Shown here in pieces: positions 38,724-47,832 of a stretch of DNA of 64,000 nt (the first letter of the stretch is position 1; each line of letters starts with the position of its first letter). The translations under genes were made by a program, and so were the position numbers. The notes beneath the pieces are model-generated. The model ran no database searches. It was not told the DNA's origin and saw only the letters and a program-made list of their open reading frames with translations. Source of the DNA: Candidatus Doudnabacteria bacterium (GTDB taxonomy: Bacteria > Patescibacteriota > Doudnabacteria > UBA920); contig JARLHZ010000034.1 of assembly GCA_031291995.1 (NCBI GenBank), positions 14,915 to 78,914 on the forward strand. Direction: 5' to 3'.

Positions 38724-39731
38724 ATGTTCGAAACTAAAATCGGTATCGACCTTGGCACGGCCAATACTCTGGTATATGTCCCCAAAAGGGGGATTATAAT
38801 TAACGAGCCAACGGTAGTCGCGATTTCCTTGGAGGACAATCGCGTATTGGCGGTCGGGCAGGAAGCCAAGGAAATGCTCGGCCGGACCCCGGAAACCATC
38901 GTCGCCAGCCGTCCGATGAAAGACGGCGTAATAGCGGACTATCGCGTAACCGAGGCTATGCTCCGCTATTTTATAAATAAAGCATTGGGCAATATTCGGT
39001 TTTTCCGGCCTGAGGTTATGATTTCCGTTCCGGGCGGAATTACTTCCACCGAACGGCGCGCCGTGATTGACGCGGCTATAGCCGCAGGCGCAAAAGGTGC
39101 TTACGTTATAAAAGAGACGGTTGCCGCGGCCATAGGCGCCGGAATCCCGATTGCCGAGGCCAGAGGCAATTTGGTAATAGATATTGGCGGAGGCACCACC
39201 GACGTAGCGGTACTTTCTTTGGGCGGCATTGTCAACTCCACATCTGTGCGCGTGGCCGGCAATCGGTTGGATCAGGCTATTATAGATTTTGTCCGCAAGC
39301 GTCATGGCCTGGCCGTCGGCGACCGCACAGCCGAGGAAATTAAAATCACCATCGGAAGCGCCCTGGCTTTAAACGACGAGGAAGTTATGGAAATAAAGGG
39401 ACGCGACATGATTTCGGGACTGCCCAAAACGGTCACGGTTTCCACTAATGAGGTGGTTTCGGCCATTAGCGACGATTTGGGAGAGATCGTCCGGGCGGTT
39501 AAGCATGTGCTGCAGGAAACTCCGCCGGAACTTGCCTCGGATATTATTGATAAAGGAATGGTAATGACCGGGGGCACGGCGCTGCTCCGGAATTTGGGCG
39601 AATATATTGCTCAAGCCGTAGGCGTACCCTGCTTTGTCGCCGAGGATGCGCTGTTATGCGTGGCCAAGGGCACGGGCGTGGCGTTAGATAACTTGTCCAG
39701 TTATAAAAAGAGCATCTTAAGCACAAGGTAA
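38724..39731 (+). CDS. mreB: Rod shape-determining protein MreB/Mbl
   Basis: GIDLGTANT, DIGGGTTD and TGGTALL motifs. Confidence 0.97.
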   Translation: MFETKIGIDLGTANTLVYVPKRGIIINEPTVVAISLEDNRVLAVGQEAKEMLGRTPETIVASRPMKDGVIADYRVTEAMLRYFINKALGNIRFFRPEVMISVPGGITSTERRAVIDAAIAAGAKGAYVIKETVAAAIGAGIPIAEARGNLVIDIGGGTTDVAVLSLGGIVNSTSVRVAGNRLDQAIIDFVRKRHGLAVGDRTAEEIKITIGSALALNDEEVMEIKGRDMISGLPKTVTVSTNEVVSAISDDLGEIVRAVKHVLQETPPELASDIIDKGMVMTGGTALLRNLGEYIAQAVGVPCFVAEDALLCVAKGTGVALDNLSSYKKSILSTR

Positions 39732-39795
39732 CTAAATATTTGCCAAGTCTTACAAAGTATCCTATAATACCAACAAAGAAATCAAAACTAAAAAT

Positions 39796-40311
39796 ATGAA
39801 AGATTTTAGGAAATCTCTGTATATTTTTTTATGTTCCCTGTTGGGTGTTCTTATGTTTATGCTGCTGGAGCGTCTGGCGGTATTTTTTTATTTATACCTT
39901 TTAGCCGGAGGCTATTTGGTTACGAATATGTCTTACCTGCAAATCGCGATATTTGATTACATTGTCTTGGTTTTGGCCATGATGCTGGGAGCCTGGTACG
40001 GAGTCTGGCTGGGGCTTTATTGGTATCGGATAATTTATGAGGAACAAAGCCATCCGGGTTTGGTTGGGCATGTATCGGAGCATTATTTTCCCCGGCCCAG
40101 TTTCGCCCGATCCGAAGGAGTCGCGGAGTTGAAAAAACGCCTGGTCGAAGACTTGTCGCGGCTGGAAACGGTTGAGGTCGCCACTGTGCCGAGCCCCTTG
40201 GAGCCGGTTCCGGTAAAAAGAAAAATTGTCCGCCGGAGCGCGCCAAAAAAGCTAAAAACGGCCGGGGCCAGTTCCGCTAAAATATTGCGCGATTCACAGC
40301 CGCAGCAGTAA
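39796..40311 (+). CDS. Hypothetical membrane protein
   Basis: Two TM segments; basic tail. Confidence 0.6.
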   Translation: MKDFRKSLYIFLCSLLGVLMFMLLERLAVFFYLYLLAGGYLVTNMSYLQIAIFDYIVLVLAMMLGAWYGVWLGLYWYRIIYEEQSHPGLVGHVSEHYFPRPSFARSEGVAELKKRLVEDLSRLETVEVATVPSPLEPVPVKRKIVRRSAPKKLKTAGASSAKILRDSQPQQ

Positions 40312-40330
40312 TTAAATATAACGGCAACAT

Positions 40331-40774
40331 ATGAACCGAAAAAATTTCCTGCTGTTTTTTTTGCTGGAGTGGCTGTTGACCGCAGCGTTGAAAATTTGGC
40401 TGTTTAATTACCAGGTTTTTGCCAATCTCGGCAGCCAGCAGATTTTATTTTGGATCATAACTGTAGTTATAACTGCCGCCATTGTCAGGCGGTTTGGTTA
40501 CATTTCCCTGTTTGAAATGGCAGTCGTCGCTATTTTTTGGACTGTGGCCGGTATGTTTTTAGATCTCATTTTAACAAGTAAATTTACAGGACTGGGCATG
40601 TTCAGATCTCAGGCCTATTGGGACAGTTTTGGCATAATGATTGCCGCATTATTTTTATTCCACAAAAAAAGGCATATTTTAGCGCGCCACAAGCTGCATG
40701 CCGCCAAACTCGCCGCCCAGCACGCGGCCGATCATCCGTCGGAGGCTCATATGCCGGATATTAAACGGCATTAG
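40331..40774 (+). CDS. Hypothetical four-TM membrane protein
   Basis: Hydrophobic profile; His-rich tail. Confidence 0.6.
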   Translation: MNRKNFLLFFLLEWLLTAALKIWLFNYQVFANLGSQQILFWIITVVITAAIVRRFGYISLFEMAVVAIFWTVAGMFLDLILTSKFTGLGMFRSQAYWDSFGIMIAALFLFHKKRHILARHKLHAAKLAAQHAADHPSEAHMPDIKRH

Positions 40775-40889
40775 ATTGGGAGGAGATGGTTATAGGTTAT
40801 AGAGGTTGGAGTGGTAATAAGTCCTGGAAGTTTTCCACAGCTTGACTGGCGTGCGCATTGTGTTAAACTATTTTTACATTTGAATATTA

Positions 40890-41106
40890 TAAAGCCATAG
40901 CGGAGTCGCGATCCGTTTGCTGTCCCGAATAAATCGGGAACGGTCAGCCTTTCCGTACAACTAGGTAAATAAGTGTCCCCGCGAAGTAGCGGGGGAATCG
41001 AGGTGGTACCGCGGTAATGTTTGAATCCATGAACGAGTCGTCCGGCTCCGGTTCATGCCAAACCCGCCCTTGAAAACAACTACGTTGTTTTTGTGGGCGG
41101 GTTTTG
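40890..41106 (+). promoter_or_regulatory. T-box riboswitch-like leader with antiterminator and terminator
   Basis: AATCGAGG-TGGTACC-GCGG pairs with CCGC-CCTTGA; overlapping terminator AAACCCGCCC..GGGCGGGTTTT; stem-III-like hairpin at 40976-40996; upstream TTGACT-16-TAAACT. Confidence 0.7.
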
Positions 41107-41312
41107 ATTTATTCTAATCCAGCCTTGGATTATAAAAAAACATCCGCCGTACCCTTGGGCTATGGCGAAGGCGGATAAATGCTTTATTACTATCTAGTAA
41201 TAAAGTGCCCCAGGTAAGGCATAAATGACGCGAACTAGTAAAAATAATTCTCATCGGAAAATTTGTAAGACTTCTGTTGAGAACAATTTTTGTTAGTCCA
41301 AAAGGAGAGCTT

Positions 41313-41588
41313 ATGAAGTCCTTTGCAGTTGTTGGGCATTCGATAACCGACGAAGAAATAGCAGCTTTGCATCAGCGCTGCCAAAACGCTTGGGTAAAGT
41401 GGTACGACCGGGGAAATAACACGGCTTTCATATTGGGCGAATTGCGGGGAAACTTGCCGGATGTTCTGATCATACACCCGAATATCGACGAGGCGGCAAT
41501 AGGGATCTTGTTGTCCGGCCGGGAAGTCCGGGTGGTAAAAGCGGCGAATGCAATCGTCGCGATGTTTCAGATCGCGACTGAAGCATAA
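41313..41588 (+). CDS. Hypothetical small protein
   Basis: AAGGAG SD before the ATG at 41313. Confidence 0.55.
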   Translation: MKSFAVVGHSITDEEIAALHQRCQNAWVKWYDRGNNTAFILGELRGNLPDVLIIHPNIDEAAIGILLSGREVRVVKAANAIVAMFQIATEA

Positions 41589-41847
41589 TAACTCAACAAC
41601 TGGAAGGCCATCAACACTGGCGCCGTGAATGGACTACTAACATGTAGTTCTGAATCGGCGCCTTTGGTTATATGAATAAGCGGCTTGCGCCAAAGTGTAC
41701 AACCAACCATTTTAGATATCAACAAGAAAAGTGTCAAAGGTGCTCTTTGCCACTGGTTGCAAGAAGCGCTTTCAAGAGAAAATTAGCCACAATTACATAT
41801 TTTGTGGTATAATATATTTACCGCTAATTAATCAATAGGAAACAAAA

Positions 41848-42114
41848 ATGTCAGACCAGGATGAATACAAAAAAATGCTGACAGACTTAATCCAAAAACA
41901 AATGGTTGTTTTGGGCCCGAATATTGCTTTGGACAAGGCGCGCAAGGTTCCCGGGGTTAAGGTTGCGGATGATGGTACGGTTTTGGATATGGATGGCGAT
42001 CCGCCAATGGTTTTAAAGGGCGTGGCAAACGAATACATGGCTCTGTCCGGCCAGATTGCCCAAATGACCCTGAACTCATTATTGGAAAAATATCCGACTG
42101 TAAAGGGCCTTTAA
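41848..42114 (+). CDS. Conserved hypothetical protein upstream of a sensor kinase
   Basis: 88-aa ORF; TGGTATAAT upstream. Confidence 0.65.
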   Translation: MSDQDEYKKMLTDLIQKQMVVLGPNIALDKARKVPGVKVADDGTVLDMDGDPPMVLKGVANEYMALSGQIAQMTLNSLLEKYPTVKGL

Positions 42115-42234
42115 AACCGCCGATCCGACGCTACTATATATGCGGATAGGTCGCTGAGAAGGTACTTGAAACTTCAGTGTTTGTCTCAGCGGTGGTCTTA
42201 AAATCGGCGTCGCCTCAGCGTCATAAAAAACAAA

Positions 42235-43899
42235 ATGTTAATCAACATCCTTTTAGTCATAGATTTTATAATGCTGGCGGTAGTCGTTAGCGCTTATATT
42301 TACGCGTCCCGGAGGGAACGTAAGTACTTGCGATCGGAAGCCGACCAGTCATTGGAACTGCAGCAGAAAGTTTACCAGGCGCAGGTGTTAAAAGAAATCA
42401 GCGAACGCATCGGTTATTCGTTAAATACCGGGAAGATTGTGGATATTATTACCAGCAGTCTCGGAAATTTGCTGGATTACGATACAGTGGCCTACATGGT
42501 TTTGCAGGAAGACGGCAAAGTGGTTTTTAAATGCCAGGTGGAAAACTCCGTTAACCATGAATTTATTGAGCAGGTGAAAGAAAAAATGCTCATGTCCTAC
42601 GAAGCTATTTTAAACAAAAAGATTTCCACCGCCGGTTTGGACGAAAGCGTTACCGGAAATATATTAAACGATAACTCGAAATTCAGAGTTACGTCTTTTT
42701 TTAATCTGCCCGTGGTTATTTCGCGGAAATTGGTGGGGCTGATTAATGTTGCTTCCCACGAACCCGGCCGGTACGGCGAAGAACAGGCGTCCATTTTATA
42801 CGCGATTACCAACCAGGCCGCCACGGCGGTTTCCAAACTCCAGGAAGTTTTGGAAAGTGAAAAAGGCAAATTGGCCGCGGTTATTTATTCTTTGGCCGAC
42901 GGGGTTATAACCGTGGATTTAAATTACCAGCTTACGGTTTACAATCCGGTCATTAAAAATATTCTGGAAATCGCCCATAATAAACCGCTAACAATGTTTG
43001 ACATAGTTGACGCGCTGGCCGGCAAAATCGACTTGCGTACCAAAATCGAGCAGTCTATTGCGGAGAATAAAACCTTAAACGTACCGGATGTGATTTTAAA
43101 AGACAAAGCCCTGGAGCTGACTATATCTCCGGTCAAAGACAGCGGCGGAACCGTTATTGCCGCGACCGTGGTATTCCACGACATTACCACGGAAAAAACT
43201 TTGGAAAAAACCAGGCAGGAATTTACCGCCATGATGGTTCATGAACTCCGGGCGCCGTTGACCGCGGTGCGCTGGTCCAGCGAATCTTTAATTAAAAACC
43301 TCGCGGCCAACACCGGCGTTGACCCGGCTAAAGTTAAAGATACGGTGGTCACCATAGAAACCGCTTCCAATAATATGCTGGAACTGGTGAACGACCTGCT
43401 GGATGTTGCCAAAATTGAGGCCGGTAAATTCGAATTGAATATACAGGATTATGATTTGGTGGAGCTGATTAACGAACAGGCCAAAGTTTTCCGGCCCCAG
43501 GCCGAAGTTAAACATTTGGCCATTAACGTTATTACTCCGCCCAAATATATGCTAAAATTTGATAGAGTAAGGGTTGGCCAGGTTTTAGGCAATTTATTGA
43601 GTAATGCCATAAAATATACGGATAGCGGCCAAATAGAGGTAAATTTGGTGCCTAACGCCCAGGAAAAGACCGTGGCGATAGGGGTAAAAGACAGCGGGAT
43701 AGGGGTGTCCCATGAGGATTTATCCAGCCTTTTTTCCAAATTTAAACAGTTGAAAACCGGCGACCACGCCAGAAAAGGCACCGGTTTGGGCCTGGTGGTG
43801 AGCCGGGGAATCGTGGAAGCCCATGGCGGCAGAATTTGGGCGGAAAGCGCGGGGGAAAATTTGGGTACGACATTTAATTTTTCATTACCAATTATATAA
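42235..43899 (+). CDS. Sensor histidine kinase (TM-GAF-PAS-HisKA-HATPase)
   Basis: HELRAPL H-box, NLLSNAIKY, DSGIG and GTGLGL motifs. Confidence 0.95.
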   Translation: MLINILLVIDFIMLAVVVSAYIYASRRERKYLRSEADQSLELQQKVYQAQVLKEISERIGYSLNTGKIVDIITSSLGNLLDYDTVAYMVLQEDGKVVFKCQVENSVNHEFIEQVKEKMLMSYEAILNKKISTAGLDESVTGNILNDNSKFRVTSFFNLPVVISRKLVGLINVASHEPGRYGEEQASILYAITNQAATAVSKLQEVLESEKGKLAAVIYSLADGVITVDLNYQLTVYNPVIKNILEIAHNKPLTMFDIVDALAGKIDLRTKIEQSIAENKTLNVPDVILKDKALELTISPVKDSGGTVIAATVVFHDITTEKTLEKTRQEFTAMMVHELRAPLTAVRWSSESLIKNLAANTGVDPAKVKDTVVTIETASNNMLELVNDLLDVAKIEAGKFELNIQDYDLVELINEQAKVFRPQAEVKHLAINVITPPKYMLKFDRVRVGQVLGNLLSNAIKYTDSGQIEVNLVPNAQEKTVAIGVKDSGIGVSHEDLSSLFSKFKQLKTGDHARKGTGLGLVVSRGIVEAHGGRIWAESAGENLGTTFNFSLPII

Positions 43900-43989
43900 T
43901 TGAGTTTACGAAGTACGAAATTTTACGAACTTACGAAAGTTCGTACGTTCGTATCGGTTCGTACTTTGTAAAATATAGAAAGGATAACT

Positions 43990-44373
43990 ATGACTAAAAT
44001 TCTCGCGGCGGAGGACGACAAATTAATATCAGGCTCGTTATGCGACGCGCTTAAGAGCGCCGGCTATGAGCCGACTCCGGCTTATGACGGGGAAGAGGCC
44101 GTGGCCAAGGCCAAGGAAATAAAACCGGATTTAATTTTGCTCGACATTATGATGCCCAAACTGGACGGAATTTCCGTATTGTGGGAACTGAAAGCCGACC
44201 CGAACACGGCCAAAATTCCCGTAATTGTTTTAACCAATATTGGCGACGTGGAAACCATAAGCAAAATCGTGGAAGCCGGCGCCGTGGATTATCTGCTAAA
44301 GAGCGACCAATCGGTTGATGATATTATCCAAAAAGTTAAAGACGTTTTAGCGCGAAATGTGCAACTAACATAA
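43990..44373 (+). CDS. Single-domain response regulator
   Basis: EDD, LLDIMMPKLDG, LTN and YLLK motifs. Confidence 0.93.
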   Translation: MTKILAAEDDKLISGSLCDALKSAGYEPTPAYDGEEAVAKAKEIKPDLILLDIMMPKLDGISVLWELKADPNTAKIPVIVLTNIGDVETISKIVEAGAVDYLLKSDQSVDDIIQKVKDVLARNVQLT

Positions 44374-44493
44374 ATTGCTGATGAGTCCTGGTTTGGTGCT
44401 GAGGTGGAAATTTTGATTCAGCGTCATATCAGCGTAGTTATCCACCTCCGCCAAGGCTACGGCGGACTCACGTCAGCGAAAAATCAGCGAATT

Positions 44494-44913
44494 ATGAAAG
44501 CTATAATCCAGGACGACCGACGCTATATGCTGCGGTTTGACAAAGGCGAAGACGTTATTTCCGGCTTGGCCGATTTTATGAAATCGCAAAGCATTGGCGC
44601 CTGCGTTTTTTTTGGCATAGGCGCTTGCGAATCGGTCGAGCTTGGTTATTTTAACCCATTTTTGAAAGATTATCGCAAAAAACCATACGTGGAAGAATTG
44701 GAAATTGCCACTTTTAGCGGCAATGGGTCTTTAAGCGGTGGGCAGCCTTCGATTCACGCGCACGGGGTATTCAGCCGGAACGACTTCACCAGCCTTGCCG
44801 GGCATGTATTCAAATTGGTAGTGTCCGTCACCTGCGAGATTTTATTGATAAAATTGGAAGGTCAAATGAACAGAGGGTTAAACGCGGAGTTTAATTTGAA
44901 TCTACTCCAATGA
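44494..44913 (+). CDS. PPC/DUF296 domain protein
   Basis: LRFDKGED, GIGA, HAH and AGHV motifs. Confidence 0.85.
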   Translation: MKAIIQDDRRYMLRFDKGEDVISGLADFMKSQSIGACVFFGIGACESVELGYFNPFLKDYRKKPYVEELEIATFSGNGSLSGGQPSIHAHGVFSRNDFTSLAGHVFKLVVSVTCEILLIKLEGQMNRGLNAEFNLNLLQ

Positions 44914-44930
44914 TCAATTTTTAATAAAAA

Positions 44931-45440
44931 TTGAAAAATCAAAATTCTAAATTAATCATTCCGAGGCAATTCTTTGTCATTGCCCACAATATCCGTTCGC
45001 TTTATAACGTCGGGTCGATTTTTCGTACGGCCGACGCGTTAGGGGTCAGTAAGATTTATTTAACCGGTTATACCGGCAGCCCGGAAAACCCGTCCCATAA
45101 AGACAAAATTGCCAAAGTGGCGCTTGGGGCTGAGGATTGGGTGCCTTGGGAGCATTCGGAATCGGCTCAGGCTGTTATCCGCATCCTTAAAAAGCAAAAA
45201 GTGTTAATCGTCGGGCTGGAAAACAACCTGGAAGCGGGGCAAAAAGCCGTTGCCTTAAACTCGTTTAAACCCAAATTCCCTTTGGCGTTAATTCTTGGGG
45301 AAGAAGTTAATGGGATTAATAGCACTTTAATAAAGTCTTGTGACAAGCTGGTGGAAATTCCCATGTCCGGTAAAAAAGAAAGCCTTAATGTTTCCGTGGC
45401 TTTTGGAATCGCGGCCTATTATATTTCTTCGAAAGTGTAA
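44931..45440 (+). CDS. SpoU/TrmH-family RNA methyltransferase
   Basis: NIRSLYNVGSIFRTAD, GEEVNG and IPMSGKKESLNVSVA motifs. Confidence 0.92.
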   Translation: MKNQNSKLIIPRQFFVIAHNIRSLYNVGSIFRTADALGVSKIYLTGYTGSPENPSHKDKIAKVALGAEDWVPWEHSESAQAVIRILKKQKVLIVGLENNLEAGQKAVALNSFKPKFPLALILGEEVNGINSTLIKSCDKLVEIPMSGKKESLNVSVAFGIAAYYISSKV

Positions 45441-45625
45441 AATATTTTGTAAAATTGTATTTTTATGTTCTAATAAAACGAATAAAATTTAGCTGCCTAA
45501 AAAATTTAAAAAAATATTGAAAATTTTGGGAGTATTTGTGGACAGGCTTAATGAAATCCACCAAATTAGGTTGTATACCGCTTGTGAAAGCGGTTTTTTT
45601 ATTGTTTGACGGAGCTTAACGAGCT

Positions 45626-45710
45626 TTGACTTATGGGTAAATGTGGTATATAATACTAGAGTCATGGCAAAAAGTGGATAAAAGTGGGGACAAGTGGGTG
45701 TTTTAGTGGA
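45626..45710 (+). promoter_or_regulatory. mraZ promoter with putative MraZ-binding GTGG(G) repeats
   Basis: TTGACT-17-TATAAT (45626-45654); AAGTGGAT, AAGTGGGG, AAGTGGGT at 10-bp period. Confidence 0.75.
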
Positions 45711-45815
45711 TAACTGTACCGCGGATCAGTCGCGGATCTTAACTGCAGACGCGGAATAAACGCGGATCCGCGTTAAGATCGGCGTAACGGATCCGCGTTA
45801 AGATCGGCGGTTAAT

Positions 45816-46247
45816 ATGTTTATTGGTGAATATCAGGCGACAATTGATGAAAAGGGGAGAGTTTCCGTGCCGGTTAAATTCCGGCAGTCTTTAAAGTCTA
45901 AAATAGTTGTTACTCGGGGCTTGGATAATTCCCTGTTTTTATACAGCATAGACGAGTGGAAAAAGCTTGCGGAAAAATTGGCTAGTCTCCCAATTTCTAC
46001 TGCCAATACCCGGGCTTTTTCCCGTCTAATGCTGGCCGGAGCCATGGATTGCGACATAGACAAACAAGGACGTATTATTTTACCGGGCTACCTAAAGGAT
46101 TTTGCCAAAATCAGCAAGAAAGTTATAATCGCCGGTTTGTACAACCGCATCGAAATTTGGAGCGAAGAATTGTGGATCGCCTACAAACAGCAGACCGAAG
46201 CGGCAAGCAACCAGATTGCGGAACAACTGGGAAGTTTGGGAGTTTAA
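45816..46247 (+). CDS. mraZ: Transcriptional regulator MraZ
   Basis: MFIGEY, DEKGR, DKQGRI and RIEIW motifs. Confidence 0.96.
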   Translation: MFIGEYQATIDEKGRVSVPVKFRQSLKSKIVVTRGLDNSLFLYSIDEWKKLAEKLASLPISTANTRAFSRLMLAGAMDCDIDKQGRIILPGYLKDFAKISKKVIIAGLYNRIEIWSEELWIAYKQQTEAASNQIAEQLGSLGV

Positions 46248-46334
46248 TAATTAAGTAAAAATAAATAAAATTAAGTAAAATTGTACCGCACAAAATTTTA
46301 TTTAATTTTACTTAATTCTGGTCAATTTTATTTA

Positions 46335-47273
46335 ATGAATTATGAACATACTCCAGTTCTACTTAATGAAATTCTTGCATTTTTGGACGCCCGTCCCGGT
46401 CAGAATATCGTGGACGCGACGCTGGGAGGGGGAGGGTATACATCAGAAATACTAAATAAGGTTGGTTCGGGCGGAAAAATACTGGCGATTGATTTAGACC
46501 AAGATGCGGTTGAAAATTACAAATTACAAATTACAAATTACAAATTCAAAGATCAAATCATTGTCGCGCAGGGGAATTTTGCTCAGATTGATAAAATCAT
46601 CAGCCATCATAAATTTCCGGCGCCGGATGGGATAGTCGCGGATCTCGGATTGTCTTCTTATGAACTGGAACATCGCGGCATAAGTTTTAAAACCGACCAG
46701 CCGCTGGATATGAGGTTCGATTTGTCCCAGCCGGAAACCGCAAAATTTATTTTAAATAATTACGATGAACAGAGGCTTAGGAAAGTTTTTGAAGATTACG
46801 GTGAGGAGAAGTTCAGCAGGCAGATTGCGAGGAGGGTTGTAGGGTTAAGGGCTAAGGGCGAAGTGATAAAGCATACAGCCGATTTATATCAGCTAATTGT
46901 AGAGGCGCTGCCCAAGCCCGTAAAGCATAAAGCTGATGACAGTGCCCGAAGGATATTTCAGGCTTTAAGGATAGAAGTTAATCATGAATTAGAAAATCTG
47001 AAAGATTTTCTACCCAAAGCCTTTGATTTGTTGGCTCCGGGCGGCAGGCTGGCAGTTGTCAGCTTCCATTCTCTGGAAGACAGAATTGTTAAACAGTATT
47101 TTGTGGGGCTGACCAAAGGCTGTGTATGTCCGCCGGAATTTCCCCAGTGTCTGTGCGGTAAAAATCCCAAAGCTAAAATTTTAACCAAAAAACCGATTAC
47201 GGCTTCAGCCGAAGAGTTAAAGAAAAATTCCCGCGCTCAGCCCGCCAAGCTGAGGGCAATAGTAAAATTTTAA
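46335..47273 (+). CDS. rsmH: 16S rRNA m4C1402 methyltransferase
   Basis: HTPVLL, DATLGGGG, DLGLSS, FQALRIEVN and SFHSLEDRIVK motifs. Confidence 0.96.
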   Translation: MNYEHTPVLLNEILAFLDARPGQNIVDATLGGGGYTSEILNKVGSGGKILAIDLDQDAVENYKLQITNYKFKDQIIVAQGNFAQIDKIISHHKFPAPDGIVADLGLSSYELEHRGISFKTDQPLDMRFDLSQPETAKFILNNYDEQRLRKVFEDYGEEKFSRQIARRVVGLRAKGEVIKHTADLYQLIVEALPKPVKHKADDSARRIFQALRIEVNHELENLKDFLPKAFDLLAPGGRLAVVSFHSLEDRIVKQYFVGLTKGCVCPPEFPQCLCGKNPKAKILTKKPITASAEELKKNSRAQPAKLRAIVKF

Positions 47274-47448
47274 CAACAAAAATTTATGGACAATACCATG
47301 CGCGGCGGAACGTGGTCCGATGCCGCCGGAAAAATAAAAATTAAAAATAAGAACAGCGGACTGCAAAAAATAAAAATAAATATTTCCGCCGGAAACGCGA
47401 ATGCTTTTGGCGGAAAAGTTAACGCAATAATAAAATCAAAATAAATTT

Positions 47449-47814
47449 ATGATAAAAGAACTGGCGCTCAACCGCATTTGGCCGGGCGGATCTTTAAAAA
47501 CCCACCATCGTGTCATAAACAACCAATCGCAAGCAAGCCGCCTGAGGGTTTGGCTGTCCGCCGCCTTGGTGTCGCTAAACGTTTTACTGCTGCTCAGCTA
47601 TATTTACGGCGTAAACCAGTTTGCCTCGCAAGGCTACGAAATTACCGCCCTGCAAACGCGGCTAACCGGCCTGAACACGTCAAACAAACAGTTAAACTTA
47701 AAAATCGCGCAGGCGGCTTCCATGGTCAGCATCCAGAATGATTTTTTAAATTCCGGCTATGTTCTGGCTGCCACGCCCAAATTCCTGCAAACCGAAAATT
47801 TGTCCTTAAGATAA
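47449..47814 (+). CDS. FtsL-like cell division protein
   Basis: TM plus coiled coil, located between rsmH and a PBP gene. Confidence 0.6.
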   Translation: MIKELALNRIWPGGSLKTHHRVINNQSQASRLRVWLSAALVSLNVLLLLSYIYGVNQFASQGYEITALQTRLTGLNTSNKQLNLKIAQAASMVSIQNDFLNSGYVLAATPKFLQTENLSLR

Positions 47815-47832
47815 GTTTGAGCTGTTAAAGCT

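Noticed and set aside
41181-41206. HisR/TrpR-type operator (GCTTTATTACTA-TC-TAGTAATAAAGT palindrome)
   Set aside because: The palindrome is real, but its spacing does not fit the operator as I recall it and it is far from the his genes; no function can be supported.
44404-44493. N-terminal extensions predicted for DUF296, and likewise rplR, rpsE, gpmI, rsmH, eno and gtrA
   Set aside because: The upstream starts fall inside intergenic repeats or promoter regions; downstream ATGs fit the family N-termini.
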